Assembly: GCF_048593235.1 (NCBI RefSeq)
Contig: NC_133622.1
Location: 106,020,001 to 106,084,000, forward strand
DNA: 64,000 nt
DNA from: Sminthopsis crassicaudata
Taxonomy: Eukaryota
Direction of reading: 5' to 3'
Below the pieces are notes generated by a model. It ran no database searches. It was not told the DNA's origin and was given only the letters and a program-made list of their open reading frames with translations. Made by a program: the position numbers and the translations under genes. Below, one piece after another: positions 1-12,887 of this stretch; within the stretch, counting starts at the first letter, position 1; each line of letters opens with the position of its first letter.

Positions 1-154
1 TTATATGGTCACCTTATCAACATAGACCCCTGGCATGTGATAAGTGATAAAAAAAATTATTCATTATTCCTTTGTCTTTGTAGAATGTATAATGCAAATC
101 ACCTTAAATAAGTTTTACTTTCTCATTTCCTATTTCTTATAGTAGAACACTCAG

Positions 155-276
155 AATAGCTAGGCAGTATGCTGGGTGGAATACTCGCCCTGAAGTCAGA
201 AGGAACTGAATTCAAATTTGTCCTCAAACACTTATTAGCTATGAGAGCCAAGGCAAATCACTTTAATCTTGATTGC

Positions 277-311
<35 letters not shown>
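155..311 (+). mobile_element. CORE-SINE (WSINE1/MAR1-like) with long poly-A tail
   Basis: tRNA-like head (agctaggcagt...ctgaattcaaat), CORE-like ggcaaatcactttaatct, then a ~30-nt A tail. The poly-K ORF 169-354 is this tail. Confidence 0.8.
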
Positions 312-315
<4 letters not shown>

Positions 316-889
316 GAGCTCTACTCTTTCATTTGCTTGGTTGTCCTTGCATGAGCTTACCTTCATTTGTCTATAAGTGAGATGATCCATTATTTCTTAT
401 CTAGGGACAGAAGAGGGTCAGGTCACATGTAAGTAGCCTGGCAGGGACTGAATCTGGGTTAAAATCCTCAAATGACCTTGATTCTTGAAACTGATTAAAC
501 TCTGACCTTGAGGCATTTTTAACCTTTGAATGACTGAGGTACATGATTAAGTTTTGTCATTTCATTAAAAATATAGCTATTAACTATAGGGCATTATTGA
601 AAAACTATTGATATAAATTTTTAGCTAATTAATTTACATAATGATATATATTTCTTTGAACCCTGTAAAGACACATACATATAATTTTTGATTATATATG
701 TATTCATATATATATGTATATATATATATATATATCCTGATTATATATTTGATTTACATAAAGATAAACATATAAACCATTTTTATTATAATTTTTGGTG
801 GATTCAGGCAGAAATGGAGGAGTTAATATGTCCTTCATTTGCCCCTAAGAGCTCTGCTGGAGAGACCATTATAGCTAGATCAATGCTAA

Positions 890-891
<2 letters not shown>

Positions 892-934
<43 letters not shown>
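892..934. repeat. (CA)n microsatellite
   Basis: Uninterrupted CA dinucleotide run. Confidence 0.95.
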
Positions 935-937
<3 letters not shown>

Positions 938-1256
938 CTTTATTTATTTATTTTGCTTATTTGAGGGAAATTGTAATCACTTGATGCATATATACTGATA
1001 CTCCTTATTTCCTTTGTCAATATGGATTCAACAAGCCCCAAACCCACAATTCCTTTAGTAGGTGGAAGGTAGTTACTATTTGACAAAAATACAGCTTGTG
1101 GGATTTTCTTGAAGTGTTTTCTTTCTGTAGATGAGAATCTCCTCTTTTTCCCCCTCTCTCTGAGCCTGCACTAACTCAAGGCATGAAGGTCAAAGGCAGC
1201 ACTATCTCCTGATTCTCCAATTTTACACCCTCCCTGGAAAGGATGCCTCTCTTCCA

Positions 1257-1373
1257 ATTCATAGAGGAGATCCAAATTCAAAGGCTGTTTACCTCCAGTT
1301 TATAATCACTCCAGACAGTTTATAATCATCCATTTTCAAGAGGCCCGAGAAAAGTTATCACATAAAGTCTTAG
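1257..1373 (+). repeat. Direct repeat copy 1 (~115 bp; partner 1929-2055)
   Basis: attcatagaggag...aaagtcttag recurs at 1929-2055 with about 9 substitutions over ~105 bp and one insertion. Confidence 0.9.
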
Positions 1374-1883
1374 GTATAGACTAGAATTTCCTTTCTTGGT
1401 ATTAGCTACTGAAGAAAAGAAAAAAAAAATCTGTTTGAGTTATAACATACTTGTTAAATCATTTCAAGCTAAAAGTCTCTGGTGTTTTATTATTATTCTA
1501 CTGATCCCCAAACCAATAGAGGCATAAAAAAATTCAGTAAGGACAGACCTGAAAATTACATTTGATGAGAAAATTATAAAACAAAAATATGAATAATAAT
1601 GTCATGATTATCCAAAACCTCACTCCTTTGCTTCCCTCCATTAATCTTTGAAGAATTAGCAAATTTCACGAGAATGTTACTCTTTTTTGATCACTAGGCT
1701 ACCATTTAGGGCACTAGGAAAGGAGTTAGGAGATCCAGATTCTATCCCCAGCTTTGCCACTACACTGGAACTTTGGCAAACCACACCCCCTGCTGGTTTC
1801 CTCATCAGCAAAAAATGAAGGACTTAACCACAGAAATATAGAGTATTTAGAAACCTTTGGGATTTCTCAGTCCAACTTCATCT

Positions 1884-1886
<3 letters not shown>

Positions 1887-1928
<42 letters not shown>
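1887..1928. repeat. (AC)21 microsatellite
   Basis: Direct reading of the sequence. Confidence 0.95.
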
Positions 1929-1930
<2 letters not shown>

Positions 1931-2055
1931 TCATAGAGGAGTTCCAAATTCAAAGGCTGTTTACCTCCAATTTATAATCACTCCAGCTAGTTTATAATCA
2001 TCCATTTTTAAGAGGCCAGTGAAAAGCTATCATATATTACCTCAATAAGTCTTAG
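1929..2055 (+). repeat. Direct repeat copy 2
   Basis: Aligns to 1257-1373. Confidence 0.9.
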
Positions 2056-2056
2056 A

Positions 2057-2057
<1 letters not shown>

Positions 2058-2094
<37 letters not shown>
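2058..2094. repeat. (TG)18 microsatellite
   Basis: Direct reading of the sequence. Confidence 0.95.
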
Positions 2095-2096
<2 letters not shown>

Positions 2097-2818
2097 TAGA
2101 AAGTTTGCTAGATTGGGAGCCATGAGACCTGGATGGAAATTTAGATTTTGTCACTTATTCCACCTGTGCCTTGGAGATATTAGTTCATTCTCTGGCCCTC
2201 AGTAACCTTACTTGGAAAATAAGGAAATGTGTCTACATGAGCTCAAAATCCAATTAACCTGATGAAGCAGAGGGGTAGAAAGAGAAAGGAAGTGACAATT
2301 AGAGGGGAGCCAGGACTCAAACTGGAATTTTCTATCCCAAAATTAAGCTGCTTTCCCCACTTTCAATTGATAAAATTCAAAAGACCAAAATAGCTCTAAG
2401 TCTTGGAAGTCCTAAATATCTTCTATGCCAGAAAGATAAAATGACTCTCCCTTAATGCCTAAGGAGGGAGAATTACTTAGGGGCTGTAGAAAATCCTAAT
2501 AGCCCTTTTGTTGGTGCCTTCAGACGATAAATTTATTGATGAATTGATGATTATACATACGCTATATAATGAGCCAAATGCTGTTCTGAGCCCTGTGGAT
2601 ATAAAGAAAAAACAAAAATAATCCTTGCCCTCAAGGAGTTTACATTTGAATATAGGAGACTATAGCTATATCTGTGTAGATATGCATTTATTCTCACATA
2701 TACTTATATATGTATATATATATGTATAATATACAATGTATATATATATATATATATATGTTCTTGTATTTTTTATATGTGTATAATACATATTTACAGT
2801 CACATACAATATGTATAT

Positions 2819-2970
2819 TGTGACTTTGAGCAAGTCACAACTCTGTTTTCTTTAGTTCCCCATCTATAAAATGAGTTGGAGAAGGAAATGACAAACCATT
2901 CCAGGATCTTTCCCAAGAAAACATGAAATGGAGTCACAAGAAGTCAGATATGACTGAAAATGACTGAACA
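2819..2970 (+). mobile_element. MAR1-type CORE-SINE 3' part
   Basis: CORE (gagcaagtcac...ctataaaatgag) plus RTE-like tail (ggagaaggaaatgacaaaccattcc...gactgaaaatgactgaac). Confidence 0.75.
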
Positions 2971-3523
2971 TATAGTATGTATAGATATGTAGTTATGTGT
3001 ATATTACATATGCATATATATATATGTATGTATGAATGTAATATGTATAATATATAATATATGTAATGTGAGTATTTATTATATACCCCCACACAGAGAG
3101 AGACAGAAAACAGAGCAGACAGACAGACAAAATAGAAAATAGTGCTAGAGGGAAAGGTGTTAGTAGCTGTTGAGCCTGGGAAGGGTTGTCTGGAAAAAGT
3201 GGTACTTGAAATTAATCATAAAGAAGCCAGGGGTTTTAGAAGTCAGAGATAAGGAATGAGAACATTCCAGGCATAAGGGATGGGCAGTGCAAAGGCCCCC
3301 AAACCAGTCATGAAATATATAGGTGCAGGGGAGTAATATGATATAAGAGTAAAAAGATAGAGAGGACCCAGACTGTAAGAGCTTTATTTTTCAAATAGAG
3401 TTTATATTTGATAATAGAGGCAAGAGGGAGCCACAAGAGCTAATTATAGAATAAGGGTAGTAAAGGGGGGAGAGGAGAATAACATGATAAGGCTTTATAA
3501 TTAGGGAACAATTAGATTTCCTT

Positions 3524-3708
3524 GTTCAACCTGTCCAGCTCTTCATGATCCCATGTGGAATTGTCTTGACAAAGATATCGGAGTGGTTTGCCGTTAATTG
3601 ACTTTTCCAGGGCCACCTAGCTAATAAGTGGCTGAGGCTGGATTTGAACTCAAGATGAGCTTTTTGACTCCAGGCCCTGTGCTCTAACCACTGTACCACC
3701 TACTTGCC
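3524..3708 (-). mobile_element. MAR1-type CORE-SINE
   Basis: Reverse-complement head (ggatttgaactc...ccactgtaccacctacttgcc) and RTE-like tail (ttgacaaagatatcggagtggtttgcc). Confidence 0.7.
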
Positions 3709-5461
3709 CAGAGGAGTTCCTAAACTGATGAAATTACAGTTCTGGAGACTCTAAATAAACGAAACAGAAAACCCCAAACAAACAAAAAACTACAATCCTC
3801 AATGGTTTCAAATATTCAAATAGGAAATGGGAGGGAGAAGAAGGGCCATAATGGTGGATCATTTTTCAAAGTCTACATTGGAACCTAGTGAAGACAGCAA
3901 CAGAGTTCAGAAGAGGAGGGCACAGAGTAGAGAAGAAATGAGCTCCAGTATTGCTCTGACATGTATTGGTTATATGACCTTGAGAAGACAACAGTGTCTC
4001 AAATAGACACTAACACTTGGAGAGCAGGGACAGATAGAAAGCACCAGAGTGAGCTCCTTTACTGGGTATTTCCTATGCCAATGGAATCTGATCTACATTG
4101 AATTGAAATCTACATTAATCATTATCTTCCCCCCCTTACAGAGCTAGGAAAGGATAAGCTTATTTCTTTAATATGATTTTCCAAGTTTTCTAGTTTCATT
4201 TTCCCCGCTGAATTCAATGATATTTGATTGATCCCATATATGAGGGACAGAAAGGATGCAAAAGAAGAAACCAACTCAGGCTGGTTAGGCAGCATTTCCA
4301 AAGCTTCCCTTGCTAATATAAAGCAGTTCCTACAGGTCCATATTTCTTATCTCTTAGAGGAAGCAAATATATGCCCTTTGCAGCACAAGCCTTGAAAGAC
4401 TGGGCATTTTGGCTCTGCAGTAAACTGATATATTGAGGGAAAAGGTTGGGCCATTAGAGAAGGCCAAGGCTAAAAATAAAGGCTGGCACAGTGGGGAATC
4501 ATAGAGATATTCAGAGAGGATGACTCATGCTAGGAGAAGAAAAAAAATTCTGCAGTTCATTCCTATTTCTGAGAAAAGAAGCAGATTATTATAAATTGAA
4601 AATCTTTTTTTTTTTTTTAAGAGAACAAAGTCCAGAGGGAGCTACAGGCAAGCAGGGCAGCTTTGAAACACACACACACATTTACATATATGTGTATCAT
4701 ATACATATGATAATATGTTTGTATAAGAATTTACAATAATAGCTAACATTTCTAGAACACACAGTGCCAGACACTATGCCAAATGCTTTTTCCAAATATT
4801 ATTTACAAATATTATCCCCTTTGCTCCTCATCACCTGCAAAATAGATGCTGTTAACACCAAACATTATTTTATAAACAGAGGTTAAGTGGCTTGCCCAGG
4901 GTCACACAATCAAGTCTGAAAGCAGATTTGAACACAGGAAGATGAGTGTTCCTGACTACAGAACTGGCACTCTTTACATTATATCACCACTTAGCTGCTC
5001 CTATAAATGATGATCTCAAATCTTCATTGTTACCAATACGTGAAACTTCTGGTCCCTTTGAAACCATTTCTGAAACCTTGGTTGCTCACAGAAGCAAAGC
5101 CAACTAATTTTGAATTCTGTTTGTCCTTCTTTTAGGTCTTTCCAATCTCTGTTGTAACCTGTAAGGAAGCCTTGGGAAGGTGAGCAGAAGGAAGTAAAGA
5201 AAGTCTGGAAAATCCAAAAATTGGATTATGGGTACCTGTAAGACATAGTATCCACATAAATGATATTAATCAAAAAGTTAATCAAACATTTTAAGTTAAG
5301 GAAGGGGATTATTTTAATTTTAATTAAAATTAAAATTTAATACTATCTTTGTTATTATTAATATAAAAATTCTGGGTTTACCTTGTCTTCATGTTTCAAC
5401 TTTTTAAATATGTAATTTAAATTCCTAATACATAGCAATAAATTTTGTACTCCCACAGAGA

Positions 5462-5650
5462 TAGCTAGAGGGTGCAGTAGGTAGAACACTAGTCTAAAAC
5501 CACGAAGACTTGAGTTCAAATACAGCTCTATTTGACTCTATTTCTTCATCTGTCAAGTGAGTTGGAAAAGTAAATGGCAAACAACTCCAGTGTCTTTGCC
5601 AAGAAAACCCCAAATGGGTCATAAAAAGTTTGAAATAACTGAGCAACAAT
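5462..5650 (+). mobile_element. MAR1-type CORE-SINE
   Basis: tagctagagggtgcagtaggtagaac...gagttcaaat head and ctttgccaagaaaaccccaaatgggtc tail. Confidence 0.75.
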
Positions 5651-6159
5651 TGACATAAAGGGGACAAATCTATATTTTCCTGTTCTTAGGGACTTGAAAT
5701 TTGATTGGATGTGAGATGTGAAGAAAAAGAAAATGAAGAGAACTCCAAAGATGCACACACAGGAGTTTGGGTGATGGCACTATGGAGTCAGACATAAAAA
5801 AGGCAGGAAAAACTTTTGAGGAATAAATGAGAGTAGAAATAATATCTTTGTGAAACACTGTCTAAATGAACTTTTTACAGCCATAAGTATGAATGAGAAT
5901 GCCAAGGCACCTGGATTTGGCATTAGAAAGACCTGAATTGCTGTCTTATGTGGGGGAGAGGTAGGATGGTAGAAGGAAAATTTAGAACTCAAAGTCTTAT
6001 TTTTTAAAAAAAAAAGTTTAACTAATAAATTTTTTAAATTAGGAAATCTGTAGCTCTAGCCTCATCTCTGCATCTAGAATCTCTTTGGTCAAATGCTGTT
6101 GCTCCATACATCCCCAAGACTTGAGCATTCAGTGTACTATGATTATATTGTACATTAAG

Positions 6160-6930
6160 AAGAATGAAGAATTTTTTGGTTGTTATTTGTTTGCTTTTTT
6201 TATTTCTTGTGTTTTTCCCTTTTTGATGTGATTTTCTTCACACAATATGGATGATAAATATGGAAATATCTTTAGAAGAATCACGCATATTTAATATATA
6301 TATGGGATTTCTTGCTTGTCTGGGGGAGATGAAAGAGAGGAAGAAAAAAATGAGAACACAAAGTTTTGCAAGGATAAATATTGAAAATTATCTTTCCATT
6401 ATTAGAAAAATAAAATACTATTTAAAAAAAAGAAAATGATGAAAAGGCTGATTTCAGAAAAGCCTGATGCTAAGTGAAGTGAGTAGAACCAAGAGAACTT
6501 TGTACACAGCAACAAAAAGATTATATGATGATCAACTGTGATGGATGTGACTCTTTTTAACAATGAGATGATTCAAGTCAATTCCAAGACTTCTGATGGA
6601 AAGTGCCATCCAAATCCAGAAAGAGTAATATGAAGACTGAATGTGGATCAAAGCATAGTAGTTTTACCTTTTTTTGTTGCTGTTATTGTTTGTTTGTTTT
6701 TCTTTTGTGCATTTTCCCCCTTTTGATTTAATTTTTCTTATGCAGCATGACTCATGGAAATATGTTTAGAAGAATTGTTTATGTTTAACCTATATTAGAT
6801 TGCTTGATATCTTGGACAGGGGATGGGAGGAGAAGGAGAAAAATGTCATTCACTGGTAAAAACACATGTTGCATGTTGAAAAAGGACATTGCACTTGGAA
6901 AAATAAAATACTATTAAAAAAAGAAGAAGA
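6160..6930 (+). mobile_element. Two adjacent marsupial L1 3'-end fragments
   Basis: L1 3' UTR motifs (gctgatttcagaaaagcc, gtgaagtgagtagaaccaagagaac, gactgaatgtggatcaaagcatag) with A-rich ends at ~6425 and ~6920. Confidence 0.75.
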
Positions 6931-6940
6931 AGAATGGTGG

Positions 6941-7090
6941 TACAGCTACGTGGCACAGTGGATAGAGCACCAGCCCTGAAATCAAGAGGACCTGAGTTCA
7001 AATCTGGCCTTGGACACTTAACATTTCCTAGCTGAATGACCCTGGGCAAGTCACTTAACCCCAATTGCCTCAGGGGGAAAAAGTGAAGAA
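6941..7090 (+). mobile_element. WSINE1
   Basis: cagctacgtggcacagtggatagagcaccagccctg...gagttcaaatct...ccctgggcaagtcacttaaccccaattgcctc followed by an A-rich tail. Confidence 0.85.
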
Positions 7091-8418
7091 AAAAGAGGGA
7101 AAAAAGAATGATGAAAAAACCTGTTAAACACTTCTACATAGAGCCATCTACCTCCCACCAGCTCCTGCTTATTTCTGATTACTAATTTCGTGTTTACTCT
7201 TTAAGGTGTTAGAAAAACAATATGAAACTATCCAGTATTGCATTCTGTCACCCCTCTAAGAATAAGGGACTATACAAAAATAGAGCAAAAGAGAGCTGTT
7301 TTTCCTCAACAGCCAATGGGATTTTTCAACAACTACCAGTCCCTGTTACTGCAGTCACCTCCCTGTCTGACCTCTGGGCCATCAGGTTCTCAAGGCACTA
7401 TGGGTTTGGAAGCACTGACTGTGTCCTTAGCTCCTCCTTTGGCCCTTTACACTGGGAATCCAGAAGCTGGCAATTGCCACTGTCTGGCAATCCCAGTTCC
7501 AGAGTCCTGTTGCTGCTGACAAAGTCACCAAACTGAACACCTTATTCCCGGTATTTTGAGGAGTAGCAGCAAAACTAAATGCTTGAGCCCAGTCACTATG
7601 ACTGTTCTCTCTAGAAAACTGCAAAGAAAAAACACTGGGGATGCGCTGTAGATGCTGCTCTAATGCCAGCACTCTCTTATCTCAATTCCTATGTTGGGAT
7701 ATATGATAAGTGAAATATGAAATAACTTCCAAGCATATCTATTTATTTAAGTAATGGCTGCCAATTGCATATCAAATCAGGATCAGGCCTCCTAAGCTTA
7801 GCACTAAACTTTGAATTCAGGGGAAGATATATTTTTAAAGCATTAAGAGCAAAATTAACTGATAGAAACCAGAATAAAAGATTAGGTAATCTGATTTCTA
7901 ATTAGAGGAAAGATAAGAGGCTTTCCAAACTGGGAGGAGAGCAAACAGGTATACTTTCCTGAAGAAAAAAAAAAAAAAAAGAGGTATTCCACTCCCTACT
8001 AAATGTTTGTATTCAATCAAAGGAATATGGAAACAATAGCCGATTAATCAGAGTGAAGCCAGTTTTCAAATAATACACAAGGGCTGCTTAAGAAGTATGA
8101 ATATGAAAAAAAAATTCCTTAAATCAATCTTAGATATGACTGAGTGTCTGGTCATCATAATCTACATGCTTAATTAAAGGTTTCTAGAGATGATCCAGCC
8201 CCCACAGGACCAGATTCAAACAATGCAATCAAATTTTCTTCTAATTCTCACAGTTGAATAAAGTTTTGTTGTTTTTTTTCCCCAAAAGACAGAAATTGGG
8301 TTAGAACTATAAATGTATAAAAAGGGAACTGAGCTAGACCTAGAATTAAGTCACAAGATGCAGTCAGCTTGATTCACACATATTTCCGCAATTCCCTCAT
8401 AAGAAATGAGGCACTCAT

Positions 8419-9525
8419 TTTTAAAAACAAAGGTTCTGACAAAGGTCTCATTTCCAAAATATATAGAGAACTGACCATAATTTATAAGAAACCGAACCAT
8501 TCTCCAATTGATAAATGGTCAAAGGATATGAACAGACAATTCTCAGAGGAAGAAATTGAAACTATATCCACTCACATGAAAGAGTGTTCCAAATCACTAC
8601 TGATCAGAGAAATGCAAATTAAGACCACTCTGAGATACCACTACACACCTGTCAGATTGGCTAAGATGACAGGAACAAATAATGACAAATGTTGGAGGGG
8701 ATGTGGGGAAATTGGGACACTAATACATTGCTGGTGGAGTTGTGAAAGAATCCAGCCATTCTGGAGAGCAATCTGGAATTATGCCCAAAAAGTTATCAAA
8801 CTGTGCATACCCTTTGACCCAGCAGCGCTACTACTGGGATTATATCCCAAAGAAATACTAAAGAGCGGAAAGAGACATATATGTGCCAAAATGTTTGTGG
8901 CAGCTCTTTTTGTTGTAGCTAGAAACTGGAAGATGATGGATGTCCATCAGTTGGAGAATGGTTGGGTAAATTGTGGTATATGAAGGTTATGGAATATTAT
9001 TGCTCGGTAAGAAATGACCAGCAGGAGGAATATAGAGAGGCCTGGAGAGACTTAAATCAACTGATGCTGAGTGAAATGAGCAGAACCAGAAGATCACTGT
9101 ACACTTCAACAACAATACTGTATGGGGATGTATTCTGATGGAAGTGGAAATCTTCAACATAAAGAAGATCCAACTCACTTCCAGTTGATCAATGATGGAC
9201 AGAGGTAGCTGCACCCAGAGAAGAAACACTGGGAGGGGAATGAAAATTGTTAGCACTAATATCTGTCTGCCCAGGTTGCATGTACCTTCGGATTCTAATG
9301 TTTATTGTGCAACAAGAAAATGATATTCGCACACATGTATTGTACCTAGACTATATTGTAACACATGTAAAATGTATGGTATTGCCTGTCGTCGGGGGGA
9401 GGGAATAAAGGGAGGGGGGGTAATTTGGAAAAATGAATACAAGGGATAATATTATAAAATATATATATATATATATATAATAAAAAAAATGTAAAAAATT
9501 AAAAAAAAATAATTAAAAAAAAAAA
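8419..9525 (+). mobile_element. Young 5'-truncated L1 (ORF2 C-terminus, 3' UTR, poly-A)
   Basis: Translates to the L1 ORF2 C-terminus (SDKGLISKIY...CWRGC...HCWWSC cysteine motif), with one frameshift near 8937. Perfect 18-bp TSD aagaaatgaggcactcat at 8401-8418 and 9526-9543. Confidence 0.95.
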
Positions 9526-9924
9526 AAGAAATGAGGCACTCATGAGATACTGCACATTTAAGAAAGGAGGAGTTTTACTTCGATCTCAGCAAGGATATTC
9601 AATAAGGATATACAGCAAGGATAAAGAGAATCTGGAAGTGCCTCCTCGTCTCCATTTGGAAACACATCTGGAAGCCCCCATGACTTGGGCTTTATCGACC
9701 TGGGACTAGAAAGCTATGTCAGAAGAGCTGGAGACAATTCAGATTTAGGTGGAGAGGAAATCTCTTGGGGAAGCTGTTAGAGAAGATCCAGCCTAAAGAA
9801 ATTGGGGAGGGGCTTTGCTTGGGCCATAAAACTGTGTCAGGATTAAAAGAATCACTTTCAGGAAACTGCTGCAAAGGCAAAAAACAAAACAAAACAAGTA
9901 CTTGTCCTCAAAAGGCATATATTT

Positions 9925-11350
9925 TTCTAAATTTTATTTTAATCATATATTATTTTCTAATTACATGTAAAGATGGTTTCTAACATTCATTTTTGTAAGA
10001 TTTATAGTTCCACTATGCTCAAAAAGTTATCAAACTGTGCATACCTTTGGATCCAGCAGTGTTACTACTGGACTTATATCCCAAAGAGATCTTAAAGGAG
10101 GGAAAGGGACGCACATATGCAAAAATGTTTGTGGCAGCCCTCTTTGTAGTGGCTAAAAACTGGAAATTGAATGGATGCCCACAAATTGGAGAATGACTGA
10201 ATAAATTGTGGTACATGAATATTATGGAATATTATTGTTCTGTAAGCATGACCAATAGGATGATTTCAGAAAGTCCTGGAGAGACTTACATGAACTGATG
10301 CTGAGTGAAATGAGCAGGACCAGAAGATCATTATACACTTCAAAAACGATACTATATGATGATCAATTCTGGTGGACGAGGCTCTCTTCAACAATGAGAT
10401 GAACCAAATCAGTTCCAATGATTCAGTAATGAAGAGAACCAGCTACACCCAGAAAAAGAACTATGGGAAATGAGTGCATTTCTACTCTTTCTGTTATTGT
10501 CTGCTTGCATTTTTGTTTTCCTTCTCAGTTTATTTTTACTTTCTTTCTAAATCTGATTTTTCTTGTGTAGCAAGATAACTATATAAAAATGTATACATAA
10601 ATTGTATTTAACATATACTTTAACATATTTAACATGTATTGGACTACCTGACATTTGGGAAAGGGGTAGGGGGAAGGAGGGGAAAAGTTGGAACAGAAGG
10701 TTTTGTGAGGGTCAATGTTGAAAAATTACCCATACATATGTTTTGTAAATAAAAAGCTATAATAAAAAAAAAGATTTGCAGTTCCAAAAATTTTTTTCTC
10801 TCTTTCCCTCACCTACCCCTTCCTCAAGATAACAATCTATTATAGGTTATATATACACAGTCATTTTACATATGAGTCATGTTGGGGAAAAAAATCAGAA
10901 TAAAAAAGAAAAAACCAAAATAAAGAAAACAAGAATAAAAAAGTGAAAATAGTATACTTCAATCTGCATCCAGTCTCCAAAGTTCTTTCTCTGAATATAG
11001 ATGGCATTTTTCAGCCAAAATCTATTGGGATTATCTTGGATCACTGTATTGCTGAGAAGAGCTAATTCTATCATAGTTGATCATCACTTAATTTTGCTTG
11101 TACTATATACAATGTTTTCCTGGTTTTGTTCACTTTGTGCAGCATCAGTTCATATAAATCTTTCCAAACTTTCCTGAAATAAGCCTGTTTATCATTTCTT
11201 ATGAAACAATAGTATTCCATTATATTCATATACCACAATCCATTCCCCAATTGATGGGGATCCACTCAATTTCCAATTCCTTGCCACCACAAAAAAAAAA
11301 AAAAAAAAATCTGCTACAAACATTTTTTGCAATGTGGGTCCTTTCCTCTC
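9925..11350 (-). mobile_element. Older L1 3' fragment, interrupted by the L1 at 10013-10770
   Basis: Reverse-strand L1 3' UTR/ORF2 end (ccacaatccattccccaattgatgggg...) continues on both sides of the insert. Confidence 0.75.
10013..10770 (+). mobile_element. 5'-truncated L1 nested in an opposite-strand L1
   Basis: L1 ORF2 end, 3' UTR and poly-A. 16-bp TSD aagattt(at/gc)agttcca at 9997-10012 and 10771-10786. Confidence 0.9.
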
Positions 11351-12364
11351 TTTTATGATCAAAAAGCATATATTGCACAAATTGGCAATTTGTCTAAAAC
11401 CTTGAATTTAGCATTGGGCAACGAAGGATTTTGCTGATAGTTACATGGAATTGTTTGAGGCAGGGCTTGAACTCAAGAGTTCCTGCCTCCAAAACTAACC
11501 TCTATTCAGTATATCACTGTTTCTCAGAAAGCAATATAAAACTTCAAATCATTTCTGTTATAAATCTACCTAAACACTAATATTAAAACAAGAATTACCT
11601 CTTTTCCAATGAATTATGATAGCATCATATCTAAAGCAAGCACCATAAGGAACATAAACAAGAGTAGATATTTTTTCCTTCCTATAATGCAAGAAAGTAG
11701 CCTGGGGATCTTTGGGCAGCAGATATATAGTCGCCAGAACCATATTATGAAACTTTTTAGCTTGGTGGGATTTGCCAGAGTTGGAGTTTACTGGTGCAGT
11801 TCTCAAAACCCCAAGGTGACTTCCACATCTTGAAGAAGCCATCAAAATAAGGATTTACAGATTTATTGCATTAAAACTCAGAACATAGGAGAGGTTCTTG
11901 GTTAAATAATCAAACAGCTAAGCTTTAGTTTAGAAACTTTGATTTAGATTCCTGATGACTTATTGCCCAGTCTTCACGTTTCCCAGCATTCTATCCTGGA
12001 TTCCTGATCTTGGTTTTCTTTTCCTAGAATTGACCACATCTCTGCTTTGATCTATGATATTTATGTGCTCTTCCCTCCTGAAATGAATCCCTCTGCACCT
12101 CTGGTCTATCTTATTTATGATCCATCAGATTTTACTTTTGGTCTGCCCATATCTTATGTTACCTATGCTCTAGGATATTCTGAATTCTGCTTTTTGTGTG
12201 CAAGCTACAAACAGTAGCTTACTGTCAAGATAACTGCCATTAGCAGTCAACCCCCATCCCCTTCTTTTACTGGAGAGGTTTTTCAAAAAGATACTAACCA
12301 TAAATGAGTAACCCAGGGATCAGGTAGGAAAATGTGAACAAATTAGTCCTACAATAAGGTTATC

Positions 12365-12524
12365 CATATTTAACATGGATTGGTCTACCTGCCATCTAGG
12401 GGAGGGGATGGGGAGAAGGAAGGGAAAAGTTGGAGCAAAAGTTTTTGCAAGGCTCAATGTTGAAAAATTACCCATGCATATGTTTTATATATAAAAAGTT
12501 ATAATAAAAATAAAGTTAAAAAAT
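12365..12524 (+). mobile_element. Short L1 3'-end insertion
   Basis: L1 terminal G-rich tract and A tail. 12-bp TSD aataaggttatc at 12353-12364 and 12525-12536. Confidence 0.85.
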
Positions 12525-12887
12525 AATAAGGTTATCAACTATGGGTATTGAAATACATCTTACAAGTTGGTTTGTTCCTCCAGATGGTCCACAGGCCAAC
12601 AGGTTATAATTGGCACTTCTAGGAGAAATCCTTCCCCTGAAACCTTTTGGCTTACTCTGATATTAGTTTGACCCAGGGAAGAATTTTTCATGACTACTTG
12701 GGAGGCCTTTTCAGATTAGATATCTTACTTCTTCTCAGTTGGATTTTTCGCTCTTATAATATCACCTTTCCACATTCCTGTAAAAGTCTAGGACAATGAG
12801 CATAAGACAAATGAGAATGACTCCTTGTCTTCTCAATAGATAGGGAAAGTATGGAACTGAAAATAAAAATTAATTTAAAAAAGAAAT

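Noticed and set aside
169-4739. ORFs with poly-K or THTHTH runs
   Set aside because: Translations of a SINE poly-A tail and (CA)n microsatellites.
8369-8983. 204-aa ORF as a host gene
   Set aside because: It is the L1 ORF2 C-terminus of a 5'-truncated, TSD-flanked insertion.
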